From positions 20,256-84,255 of the forward strand of contig JACQXK010000106.1 of NCBI GenBank assembly GCA_016208765.1: a DNA stretch of 64,000 bases. The letters run 5' to 3'. The position numbers were made by a program, and so were the translations under genes. Position 1 is the stretch's first letter. Every line of letters starts with the position of its first letter. The notes beneath the pieces were generated by a model. The model did no database searches. It was not told the origin of the DNA and saw nothing but the letters and a program-made list of their open reading frames with translations. Origin of the DNA: Candidatus Omnitrophota bacterium. Its GTDB lineage: Bacteria; Omnitrophota; Gorgyraeia; Gygaellales; Profunditerraquicolaceae. Of the stretch, positions 28,588-37,206 are shown one piece after another.

Positions 28588-29739
28588 ATGGATTATTTGT
28601 TAACTGAAGAGCAAAAGATGGTTAGGGATCTGGCGAAAAAAATCGCTGATGAGAAGATTCGTCCGGTTGCTGCTAAATACGATCAGACCGAGGAGTATCC
28701 TTGGGATGTGATCAAGGTAATTGCCGAAGCAGGGCTTTTTGGTTTATTTATTCCTGAAGCTTACGGTGGTATGAGTGTTGGAGTGCTTAATCTTTGTATT
28801 GCTACTGAAGAATTGTCGCGTGCCTGCGGAGGTATTGCTGTTTGCTACGCTGCTTCTGCCCTGGGTACATTTCCCATTGTGCTTTTTGGCAATGAGGAGC
28901 AGAAGAAAAAATACCTTCCTGATCTGGCAAGCGGGAAAAAGGTTGCTGCTTTTGCCGTTACTGAACCTGAGGCAGGGTCTGATGCTTCTGCAATTAAAAC
29001 TACCGCAAAAAAAGAAGGCGACCATTATGTTTTAAACGGCCTGAAACATTTTATAACCAATGGGGGGGATGCCGAGACTTATGTGGTTATTGCCATGACT
29101 GACAAAACCAGGGGAGCACGCGGGGCCTCAGCTTTTATAGTTGAAAAAGGCACTAAAGGTTTTAGTTTTGGAAAAAAAGAAGATAAATTCGGGATACGCG
29201 CTTCATCCACAAGAGAATTAATTTTTACTGATTGTAAAATACCTAAAGAGAATTTAATTGCAAAGGAAGGCATGGGTTTTATTGTGACTATGCGCACCTT
29301 TGATATGTCCCGCCCGGGTGTAGCAGCCCAGGCGCTGGGAATTGCCCAGGGAGCATTGGATCATGCGGTAAAATATGCCAAAGAAAGGCATCAATTTGAA
29401 AAACCTATTTCAAGTTTTCAGGGTATCCAGTGGATGATTGCCGATATGGCTACAGAAGTTGAGGCGTCAAGGGCTTTGATTTATGCAACTGCCCGTATGG
29501 TTGATGCCGGGATCACCGGGGTGTCCAAAGAATCGGCAATGGCTAAAATGTATGCTTCGGATGTGGCTATGAAGGTAAGTATTGATGCCCTGCAGATCTT
29601 TGGTGGCTATGGTTACATGAAAGATTATCCGATAGAAAAATATGTGCGCGATGCCAAGATTACCCAGATTTATGAAGGGACCAATCAGATTCAGCGTAAT
29701 ATTATCGGGTTGCAGGTAATTAAGGAAATGGGCAAATAG
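28588..29739 (+). CDS. Acyl-CoA dehydrogenase (short-chain/butyryl-CoA dehydrogenase-like)
   Basis: It has the ACAD N, middle (FAVTEPEAGSD) and C domains. The catalytic Glu region is YEGTNQIQR. Confidence 0.85.
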   Translation: MDYLLTEEQKMVRDLAKKIADEKIRPVAAKYDQTEEYPWDVIKVIAEAGLFGLFIPEAYGGMSVGVLNLCIATEELSRACGGIAVCYAASALGTFPIVLFGNEEQKKKYLPDLASGKKVAAFAVTEPEAGSDASAIKTTAKKEGDHYVLNGLKHFITNGGDAETYVVIAMTDKTRGARGASAFIVEKGTKGFSFGKKEDKFGIRASSTRELIFTDCKIPKENLIAKEGMGFIVTMRTFDMSRPGVAAQALGIAQGALDHAVKYAKERHQFEKPISSFQGIQWMIADMATEVEASRALIYATARMVDAGITGVSKESAMAKMYASDVAMKVSIDALQIFGGYGYMKDYPIEKYVRDAKITQIYEGTNQIQRNIIGLQVIKEMGK

Positions 29740-29742
29740 AGA

Positions 29743-30522
29743 ATGAATATTATTGTTTGTATAAAACAGGTCCCTGAGACGACAGATGTAAGGATCAATC
29801 CTGAAACCAATACTTTGATCCGCGAAGGGGTCAAGTCAATTATAAACCCTTTTGATATGTATGCTATTGAAGAGGGCCTTCGGCTTAAGGAACGTTTTGG
29901 AGGAAAGGTCACGGTTCTTACTATGGGCCCGCCTCAGGCTGATGCTGCATTACGCGAGGCAATTGCTTTGGGGGCAGATGAAGGTATCCTGGTTTGCGAC
30001 CGCGCATTTGCAGGTAGCGATACATGGGCAACGAGCTATACTTTGGCAGGCGCCATAAGAAATATCGGAGCCTTTGATTTAATTATCTGCGGCAAGCAGG
30101 CTTCAGACGGTGACACTGCGCAGGTAGGGCCTGGTATTGCAACTCATTTAAATATTCCGCAGGTAACTTATGTTAAAAAAGTAGAGGACGCTAAGGAAAA
30201 ACTGTTAAAATTAGAGCGCATGCTTGAAGAAGGCTATGAGGTTATAGAGCTTCCTTTACCAGGATTAATTACAGTTGTTAAGGAAATTAATGAGCCGCGT
30301 TTGCCTTCTTTAAAAGGCATGATGCGTTCAAAACAGGCACAGATCATTCATTGGGGCCAGAAAGAATTAAACCTTGATGCTCAGCAAATTGGACTGTGTG
30401 GTTCTCCTACGCAGGTTGTAAAGATTTTTACTCCTCCACAGAGAACCGGCGGGCAGATGTTAAGTGGAGAAATGCCAGAAGTAGTTAACAAATTAGCAGA
30501 ATTATTAAGAAGTGAACTTTAA
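29743..30522 (+). CDS. etfB: Electron transfer flavoprotein beta subunit
   Basis: The N-terminus is IVCIKQVPET with an ETF-beta fold. It sits directly downstream of the ACAD gene. Confidence 0.8.
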   Translation: MNIIVCIKQVPETTDVRINPETNTLIREGVKSIINPFDMYAIEEGLRLKERFGGKVTVLTMGPPQADAALREAIALGADEGILVCDRAFAGSDTWATSYTLAGAIRNIGAFDLIICGKQASDGDTAQVGPGIATHLNIPQVTYVKKVEDAKEKLLKLERMLEEGYEVIELPLPGLITVVKEINEPRLPSLKGMMRSKQAQIIHWGQKELNLDAQQIGLCGSPTQVVKIFTPPQRTGGQMLSGEMPEVVNKLAELLRSEL

Positions 30523-30555
30523 CTCAATAACCCAAGCAACCCAAGTAACCCAAAT

Positions 30556-31758
30556 ATGCCAATTCAAATTATCATAGAAAAATGTACCGGTTGTTCATTA
30601 TGCGTTAAAGCTTGTCCTTTTGATGCCATAAGGATTATGGAGAAAAAGGCATTGATTGATTTAAATAAGTGCACTATTTGCGGCGCTTGCGCATCAGCCT
30701 GTAAATTTAAGGCAGTATTGATTGAAAAAACTCCTCTTAAATGCGATCTTCCTGATATAAAGGGTTATAAAGACATATGGGTGTTTATTGAGCAGAAAAA
30801 CGGTAAGATCCAGTCTGTTTCTTACGAGTTATTGGCTAAAGCACATGAGCTTTCAAAGAAGCTTAATTGTGAAGTAAGTGGCGTTTTAATCGGGTTTAAT
30901 TTAGACGACCAGCTTGATGAGATTATCTGGCGCGGAGCAGATAATATTTATTTAGTGCAGGCTCCTGAAATCTCTAATTTTCAGGATGAACCGTATACAA
31001 ATATCTTAGTTGAATTAATCAAAAAATATAAGCCTGAGATTTTACTCTGCGGAGCAAGCGCAATTGGCAGGTCTTTAATTTCGCGGGTGGCGATTAAGTT
31101 AAAGGCCGGGCTTACCGCAGATTGCACAGGGCTTGATATTGACCCGGAGAAGAAAATTCTTTTACAGACCCGCCCTGCTTTTGGCGGAAATATTATGGCT
31201 ACTATTATTTCCCCTAATTACCGTCCGCAGATGGCCACAGTCAGGCATAAAGTAATGCAGCCAATGGAGCCTGACAAGAAAAGAAAAGGCAAGGTTATTA
31301 AAGAATCTTTTAGCCCTGATGTTTATGCCTCGCGCACAAAACTCTTAGATATTGTTGAGGAGATTGAAACACTGGTGAATATCTCTGAAGCAGATATTAT
31401 TGTTTCTGGAGGCCGTGGCATGGGTGCACCTGAGAATTTTAAACTTTTAGAGGAGCTTGCCCATGTGTTGGGGGGAGCGGTTGGTGCTTCTCGTGCAGCA
31501 GTTGATTCAAATTGGATGCCATATTCGCATCAGGTAGGGCAAACCGGGCGCACAGTTGCCCCAAAAATTTATATTGCTTGTGGTATTTCCGGACAGATTC
31601 AGCACCTTGTAGGCATGCAATCTTCAAAAATTATCGTTGCTATAAACAAAGACCCCGAAGCGCCCATCTTTAAAGTCGCTACTTATGGAATTGTTGGCGA
31701 TGTTCTTCAAATTGTTCCTGCGATTACTAAGAAATTCAAAGAAGTCTTAAGAAAATAA
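30556..31758 (+). CDS. etfA: Electron transfer flavoprotein alpha subunit fused to an N-terminal 2x[4Fe-4S] ferredoxin domain
   Basis: Two CxxCxxCxxxCP motifs occur in the first 60 aa. They are followed by ETF-alpha domains II and III with the FAD-binding C-terminus. Confidence 0.8.
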   Translation: MPIQIIIEKCTGCSLCVKACPFDAIRIMEKKALIDLNKCTICGACASACKFKAVLIEKTPLKCDLPDIKGYKDIWVFIEQKNGKIQSVSYELLAKAHELSKKLNCEVSGVLIGFNLDDQLDEIIWRGADNIYLVQAPEISNFQDEPYTNILVELIKKYKPEILLCGASAIGRSLISRVAIKLKAGLTADCTGLDIDPEKKILLQTRPAFGGNIMATIISPNYRPQMATVRHKVMQPMEPDKKRKGKVIKESFSPDVYASRTKLLDIVEEIETLVNISEADIIVSGGRGMGAPENFKLLEELAHVLGGAVGASRAAVDSNWMPYSHQVGQTGRTVAPKIYIACGISGQIQHLVGMQSSKIIVAINKDPEAPIFKVATYGIVGDVLQIVPAITKKFKEVLRK

Positions 31759-31863
31759 GGGATATTTTAGTGGTTTTTCAAGTGGTAAGCATTTTGTTTG
31801 CCTGAGTTTAAATTACTTGCATTAAGCTTTAATAATGATAAAATGCAGATGAGGAGAGGTAAA

Positions 31864-32565
31864 ATGAAAAAAATTCTTTATTTATTTGTTTTTTTATCTT
31901 TTGTATGGATAGGTATTTGTTTCTCGCAGACACCACAAAATACAGAGCAGCTGACAATTACGACATATTATCCTTCTCCCCATGGCTCGTATAGCGAGCT
32001 TAGTGTAGCAAGCAAGCTTTCAGTAGGAGATGTTAATGGCGACGGACAGGTAAATTCCAGTGATTTAGGAAGTACTGCTGGCAGTTTTGTTGCCAAACAA
32101 ATCGGTGTTGGAACTACTGCTCCGCAGTCAGCCTTGGATGTTAATGGCGGGATTAAAGTGGGAAATGATACCATTTGCAATGCTTCTAAGGCAGGAACAA
32201 TGAGGTATAATTCTGCTAATAAGCAAATAGAATATTGTAATGGGAGTAGTTACGGTAATGTAGCAGGTGATGTAGGGCAAATTTATACCGGTACAGTTTC
32301 TTTTTATAACACTTGGCCTCTTCCTGGAAAGCCTGCCAAGGTAACTTTCCCAAAACCGTATTCTAAAGTGCCAACTGTTATTATTATAAAAACCAGCAGC
32401 CCAACCGCTTCAGCCTCTATTACCAATATTACTGTTAATGATTTTACTGTTAGCGGTAGTTCAACCAGCGGGATGGCGTTTACAGTTACCTGGATATCTT
32501 TTCCGGTAACTTTAAAAGCAGCAGATGTTTCAGGTTCTTTTTCTTATAACTACGCAGGGCCTTAA
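31864..32565 (+). CDS. Secreted protein with a dockerin/EF-hand-like Ca-binding loop and a C-terminal H-type-lectin-like domain
   Basis: The signal peptide is MKKILYLFVFLSFVWIGICFSQ. The motif GDVNGDGQVNSSDL resembles a dockerin type-I repeat. The C-terminal block VTFPKPYSKVPTVIII...NITVNDFTVSG...FTVTWISF matches the H_lectin pattern. I preferred the ATG at 31864, which has a GAGGAGAGG RBS, over 31798. Confidence 0.45.
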   Translation: MKKILYLFVFLSFVWIGICFSQTPQNTEQLTITTYYPSPHGSYSELSVASKLSVGDVNGDGQVNSSDLGSTAGSFVAKQIGVGTTAPQSALDVNGGIKVGNDTICNASKAGTMRYNSANKQIEYCNGSSYGNVAGDVGQIYTGTVSFYNTWPLPGKPAKVTFPKPYSKVPTVIIIKTSSPTASASITNITVNDFTVSGSSTSGMAFTVTWISFPVTLKAADVSGSFSYNYAGP

Positions 32566-32580
32566 TTATAAAAGATAAAT

Positions 32581-34647
32581 ATGTATTTTAAACGTCTTGA
32601 ATTAGTCGGATTTAAATCATTTTTTGATAAAACAACTCTCCATTTTGAACCCGGGATCACTGCTGTCGTCGGGCCAAACGGATGCGGGAAAAGTAATATC
32701 TTTGACAGTATCCGCTGGGTTTTGGGCGAGCAATCGGCAAAATCCCTGCGTGGCTCAGATATGCAGGATGTTATTTTTAACGGCACAGATAATAAAGATG
32801 CTCTGGGTATGGCGGAGGTTACGCTGGCCTTTGATAATAGAAGCAGGTTTTTTGGTTTTGATCACGATGAAGTTGCGATTACCCGTAGGCTTTTCCGTTC
32901 AGGGGAAAGCGAGTATCTACTTAATAAAAATACAGTACGATTAAAGGACATATCTGATCTTTTGCTTGGGACGGGTGTGGGCGCTGAAAGTTATTCTATT
33001 GTTGCCCAGGGCAAGATTGACTTAGTGCTTAGTTCAAAGCCCGAAGAGCGCCGCATGGTTTTTGATGAGGCAAGCGGTATCACAAAATATAAGGCCCAGA
33101 AAAGAGAGACCGCGCGAAAGCTTGAGGAAACAGAACAGAATCTTTTGCGTGTAAATGATATCATTGCCGAGGTGAAGCGCCAGATTGGAAGCCTTGAGCG
33201 CCAGGCCAATAAGGCCCGTAAATATAAAGAAGCCTTTGAGGAACTAAAGATAAAAGAGGTTAATCAGGCTGTCCTTCAGAAAAAAGAGTTGATTCAGAAA
33301 AAGGATGAAATTATCAATCAGCTTAAAGAGATGGAAATTAAAGAAACTGAGTTGCTTGATTTAATCCGCAAACAGGAAGAAAGCATCTCTGTTCGCCAGG
33401 CGGAATTAAGAAGCCTTGAAGACAGCATGATGGAAGTGAAAAATCAGGTTTTAAACCTGGATAATTTAATTGTGCGTAATAATGAGCACGTTAGTTTTAA
33501 CAAACAAAGATTAATAGAATTAGATTCAAACAGGAGTTTTCTTGAAAACCAGATAGAAGAAGTACGTGTAAAAATTGTTTCAGACGAGGAAAATCTTAAT
33601 AATGTCAGGCAGGAGTATGAAGGCTTAAGAAAGAATATTGAGGAAAAATCTCAAGTTTTAACTCAAAGAGAAGCGGAGATCAATAGTTTAGCCAGTGCCA
33701 TTAAAGCTTCATTAGATACTATCGCTGATACAAAGCGCCAGATTATGGACCTGGCTTCAAAAATATCGGGTACAAAAAATCAGATTGCCGATTTCACCAA
33801 TAAGCTTCATGTTTTTGTTGCGCGTAAAAAGAGGCTTGAGACTGAAAAAGTAAAAGTTTATGAGGAGAAGGCAGTTACGCAGGAGAATTTATCCAACATT
33901 ACAAAGGAAGTTGAAAATATTAAAAGCGCAGTAAACCAGATCAATGAAAAAATAAGTAGTTTAAAAAATCAGTTACAGCAGGAAAATGCCTTTTTATCTG
34001 GAGTAAATATTGATATTGATAATCTTGAAAAACAACGCCTTTCTCTTGAGTCGCACAAGGAGTTTCTTCTAAAATTAAAAACTAAGTATGAGGATATCAG
34101 CGAGTCAATGAACGCTGTGATATACCTGGATAAGCCTCCGCAGGAGAATATGAGCGGACTGGTTATTAAAATCAAGGAATATTCCAGCTTAAACGAAGAA
34201 GATTCGGCTCGCCTTGGGATTAGCGGCCTGAAGATTTCTGGTGAGGCCAAGCCGATTGAGCTTGATACGCAGAAAATAGACGATAAAATCGCGAAGATCC
34301 GGGAAATATTAGAAGCAAATAAAGGCCAGAAAAAAGCAAAGGAAACGCAAATTGAGGAATTGAACAATGCGCTTAATCTGCTTCTTTGCGAGTTGCGCAA
34401 TCAGGAGTTAGCTTTGGCTAACAAGGAAAGTTCCTGCTCAACGATTACTGAGCAATTTAGCAAAATTAATCAGGAAGAGGACATAATTGTTATTGAGCTT
34501 AACGATGTGAATAGAGAAGTTTCCGTCATTGAATCAAATATGCTTTCTTTTGAAGGTGTTCTCACCGGATTAAATAACGAGCAAAAGAAATGCGAAGATT
34601 CAATCCAACAGGAAGAAAGCAATATTTCTTTAAATAGCAAATTATGA
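32581..34647 (+). CDS. smc: Chromosome segregation protein SMC, N-terminal head, coiled-coil and hinge portion; ends at an in-frame TGA
   Basis: Walker A is GPNGCGKSN. A long heptad-rich coiled coil follows. The ORF ends at the TGA at 34645-34647, inside the coiled coil. The same frame continues 12 nt later. Confidence 0.6.
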   Translation: MYFKRLELVGFKSFFDKTTLHFEPGITAVVGPNGCGKSNIFDSIRWVLGEQSAKSLRGSDMQDVIFNGTDNKDALGMAEVTLAFDNRSRFFGFDHDEVAITRRLFRSGESEYLLNKNTVRLKDISDLLLGTGVGAESYSIVAQGKIDLVLSSKPEERRMVFDEASGITKYKAQKRETARKLEETEQNLLRVNDIIAEVKRQIGSLERQANKARKYKEAFEELKIKEVNQAVLQKKELIQKKDEIINQLKEMEIKETELLDLIRKQEESISVRQAELRSLEDSMMEVKNQVLNLDNLIVRNNEHVSFNKQRLIELDSNRSFLENQIEEVRVKIVSDEENLNNVRQEYEGLRKNIEEKSQVLTQREAEINSLASAIKASLDTIADTKRQIMDLASKISGTKNQIADFTNKLHVFVARKKRLETEKVKVYEEKAVTQENLSNITKEVENIKSAVNQINEKISSLKNQLQQENAFLSGVNIDIDNLEKQRLSLESHKEFLLKLKTKYEDISESMNAVIYLDKPPQENMSGLVIKIKEYSSLNEEDSARLGISGLKISGEAKPIELDTQKIDDKIAKIREILEANKGQKKAKETQIEELNNALNLLLCELRNQELALANKESSCSTITEQFSKINQEEDIIVIELNDVNREVSVIESNMLSFEGVLTGLNNEQKKCEDSIQQEESNISLNSKL

Positions 34648-34659
34648 GAAGATGTCTTA

Positions 34660-35823
34660 GTGGTTATTACCCAGACTAAAACAGAGTTAGAAGGTTTGAA
34701 CAGCCGCCTGGTTACTGATGAAGAGACATTAAAGATCCTTGAGGATACTTATCGCCGGGAAAAAGAAAGCCTGGAAAATATAGATAAGCAGATTAAGGAT
34801 TCAATTGCGAAGAAAAGCCTGATGGAGCAGGAAATCAGCGAATGCGAAGAAAATGTGCTTAGGTTTAATGCCCAGGTCTTAGAGCAGAATAACTCTTTAA
34901 AAGACCTTGACGGAAAATACCGCGAAATTTCTCTTGGTTCAAGCGATGCAGTAAAACAAATTGAGGCTGACAGAAAGTCCCTTGATGAGATTAAAAATAA
35001 CCTCTACGAATTACAGATGCAGGATAAGGATGTTGATTATAAATACGCTACCCTTAAAGACCGTTTAATTCAGGCATATAAAACAGATCTTGATTCTTGC
35101 GCTGATTTACCGGCAGATTTTGACGCATCAGCGCTTTCCGGTGAAATTAATGTTTTAAAACAAAGGCTTGATTCTTACGGTAATGTGAATTTAGTTGCTA
35201 TTGAAGAATACGATGAATTAAAACAACGTTATGACTTTCTGGTCCAGCAGATGAATGACCTGACTACTTCAAAGGATGCCCTGCATCAGGCTATTTTAAA
35301 GATAAATCGCACCACAAAGCAAATGTTTGTGGAGACTTTTGAGAAAGTCAAAGAAGAGTTCCGTAATTATTTTCGCATGCTTTTTAATGGCGGAGATGCG
35401 CAATTGTTCCTGACGGATGAAAGCGATCCTTTGGAATCGGGAATTGAAATTATCTGCCGTCCTCCGGGGAAAAAGCTGCAAAATGTGCTGCTTTTGTCAG
35501 GAGGAGAGAAGTCTATGTCGGCAATTGCGTTAATATTTGCGATTTTTAAGGTGAAGCCGTCGCCATTTTGTATTTTGGATGAGATTGATGCCGCACTTGA
35601 CGAGGCAAATGTTGACCGTTTCAGCCGTATGCTTCAGCAGTTTGTAAAAACAAGCCAGTTTATTGTGATCACCCATAACAAGCGCACGATCGCAAATGCC
35701 AATGTAATGTATGGAATTACTATGGAGCAGTCTGGTGTGTCAAAGATTGTTTCAGTGAAATTCGCCGAGAATAAAGAAAATAAAGAAGCCCAGCCTCAAC
35801 AACCTGCCGTCACCCAAAATTAA
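34660..35823 (+). CDS. smc: Chromosome segregation protein SMC, C-terminal coiled-coil and head portion; same frame as 32581-34647
   Basis: The signature motif is LSGGEKSMSAIALIFAIF. Walker B is CILDEIDAALD and the D-loop is present. The combined length of about 1080 aa equals a normal SMC. Confidence 0.6.
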   Translation: MVITQTKTELEGLNSRLVTDEETLKILEDTYRREKESLENIDKQIKDSIAKKSLMEQEISECEENVLRFNAQVLEQNNSLKDLDGKYREISLGSSDAVKQIEADRKSLDEIKNNLYELQMQDKDVDYKYATLKDRLIQAYKTDLDSCADLPADFDASALSGEINVLKQRLDSYGNVNLVAIEEYDELKQRYDFLVQQMNDLTTSKDALHQAILKINRTTKQMFVETFEKVKEEFRNYFRMLFNGGDAQLFLTDESDPLESGIEIICRPPGKKLQNVLLLSGGEKSMSAIALIFAIFKVKPSPFCILDEIDAALDEANVDRFSRMLQQFVKTSQFIVITHNKRTIANANVMYGITMEQSGVSKIVSVKFAENKENKEAQPQQPAVTQN

Positions 35824-37029
35824 TTAACAACAAGTATTGTTTTTACCTTTGTTTTTAGCTTCGTAAAGAGATTTGTCTGAAGCTTTTATCAGCTCTGAAG
35901 GAGTGGCTCCGTCCTGAGGAAAAGTAGAGATACCCATGCTTACGGTTAGTTTTTTCTGTGGCAGGATTTCTTCGTGGATAAAGGGGTGCCTCTCAATATC
36001 TTTTCTAAGGCGTTCTGCGATAGAAAATGCTTCTTCTTTATCAGTTTGAGGAAGAATGATCGTCAGTTCCTCGCCTCCATAACGGCAGACATGGTCCATA
36101 TTGCGGGAAAGATTTCTTAAGATGCTGGCTAATTCTTTTAATATTGTATCGCCTGACTGATGGCCTAATGTGTCATTGTAAACTTTGAAATCATCTATAT
36201 CCAACATGATCAGGCTTAATGTTTGGGTTGTTGCCCGCGATTTTTCCACTTCAACTTGCAGTAAATACTGGAAATATCCGTGGTTCCAAAGTTCAGTTAA
36301 ATAATCAGAGTGCGCGCGGATAACAGTCTTTTCATAAAGTTGGGAGTTTTCAATGGCAAGCCCGGCTTGGTTTGCAAGCATGGTCAGCATACGGATGTCG
36401 TCTTTTGTAATTGGTTTTCGGGTGATAAAATTATCTGCTAAAATCAGCCCATTGACCCTGTCTTTTGCTTTAAGTGGGACAACTACTAATTCATCAGTCT
36501 TTAAAATATGAATAACCGGGTCATGCAAGTAGTTTTCCATGGTTTCTTTGGTTAAATGCAGGGGCATTCCGTCTAAAACACCTAAGGCTAATAAACCTCC
36601 ATTTCTCTCCCTGAGAGGAAGCTTCATGTGCCTGATCTGGCGGTTAAACCCGGTTTCTGTGGCGTAGTTTGAGACCTTGTGCGCATTGATTAAGTCGTCA
36701 AGATTCATCTTTTCCTGTTCAATCTGTTTCCATATTCTATTGGCTTCTTCGCCGGTATCAGGAGCAATCGCAATTTTTCCTTCAATTAAACCATCTCTCT
36801 CGTTTACCAGAAATAATAACGCACGGTTAAAACCAAGCCCTGTGTGGGCAGTAACTCCGGTAAGAATGATATAGAGGATCTCGTCCAATTTTAACGTGGT
36901 GCGCATGGCATTGGAGATCTCATAAAGTATCCCCAATTCCATCTTAGTGCGCTCCAACTCTTTTTTAAGCTTATTTATCTCTTCCATATTGGGTAAAATA
37001 TAACATATTTTATGCCAAGTGTCAATCAT
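35824..37029 (-). CDS. GAF-GGDEF diguanylate cyclase-like protein (signature motif GGEEL)
   Basis: An N-terminal GAF domain is followed by a GGDEF domain (DIDDFKVYNDTLGHQSGD...RYGGEELTIILP). The gene is convergent with smc, and the two stop codons abut as TAATTAA. An alternative start at 36987 is possible. Confidence 0.7.
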   Translation of the reverse strand: MIDTWHKICYILPNMEEINKLKKELERTKMELGILYEISNAMRTTLKLDEILYIILTGVTAHTGLGFNRALLFLVNERDGLIEGKIAIAPDTGEEANRIWKQIEQEKMNLDDLINAHKVSNYATETGFNRQIRHMKLPLRERNGGLLALGVLDGMPLHLTKETMENYLHDPVIHILKTDELVVVPLKAKDRVNGLILADNFITRKPITKDDIRMLTMLANQAGLAIENSQLYEKTVIRAHSDYLTELWNHGYFQYLLQVEVEKSRATTQTLSLIMLDIDDFKVYNDTLGHQSGDTILKELASILRNLSRNMDHVCRYGGEELTIILPQTDKEEAFSIAERLRKDIERHPFIHEEILPQKKLTVSMGISTFPQDGATPSELIKASDKSLYEAKNKGKNNTCC

Positions 37030-37137
37030 TGCAAATATTTATGTTAGATTTTGCGGTTTCATGTGTCTATTATAAGTGAGGACATGGCTTAATGAAGCGC
37101 CGGGAGATATGAAAGGAGGTGCTAAGGATTTATTTGT

Positions 37138-37166
37138 TTGACAGGAGAATGATGCTGGGCTATAAT
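37138..37166 (+). promoter_or_regulatory. Consensus sigma70 promoter upstream of recA
   Basis: A perfect TTGACA -35 box, a 17-nt spacer and a perfect TATAAT -10 box lie about 40 nt upstream of the recA ATG. The RBS is GGAGGG. Confidence 0.5.
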
Positions 37167-37206
37167 TATTAACCTTATAATAATAATTACACTGGAGGGT
37201 TTAAAA

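Noticed and set aside
30556-30760. Possible separate small ferredoxin gene upstream of etfA
   Set aside because: The ferredoxin-like CxxCxxCxxxCP x2 segment is in-frame and contiguous with the EtfA domains. There is no intervening stop and no internal RBS.
32581-35823. The hypothesis that TGA is reassigned (for example code 4 or 25), so that smc is intact
   Set aside because: TGA terminates many well-delimited genes in this window. Examples are 5..466, 3286..3984, manC, tpiA, oppA and oppD. Each has a correctly positioned downstream start and no plausible readthrough extension. The GT9 interruption uses TAA, not TGA.
35818-35829. TTAATTAA palindrome at the smc / GGDEF junction as a possible restriction or regulatory site
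   Set aside because: It is simply two abutting TAA stop codons on opposite strands. It is noted under the GGDEF finding only.
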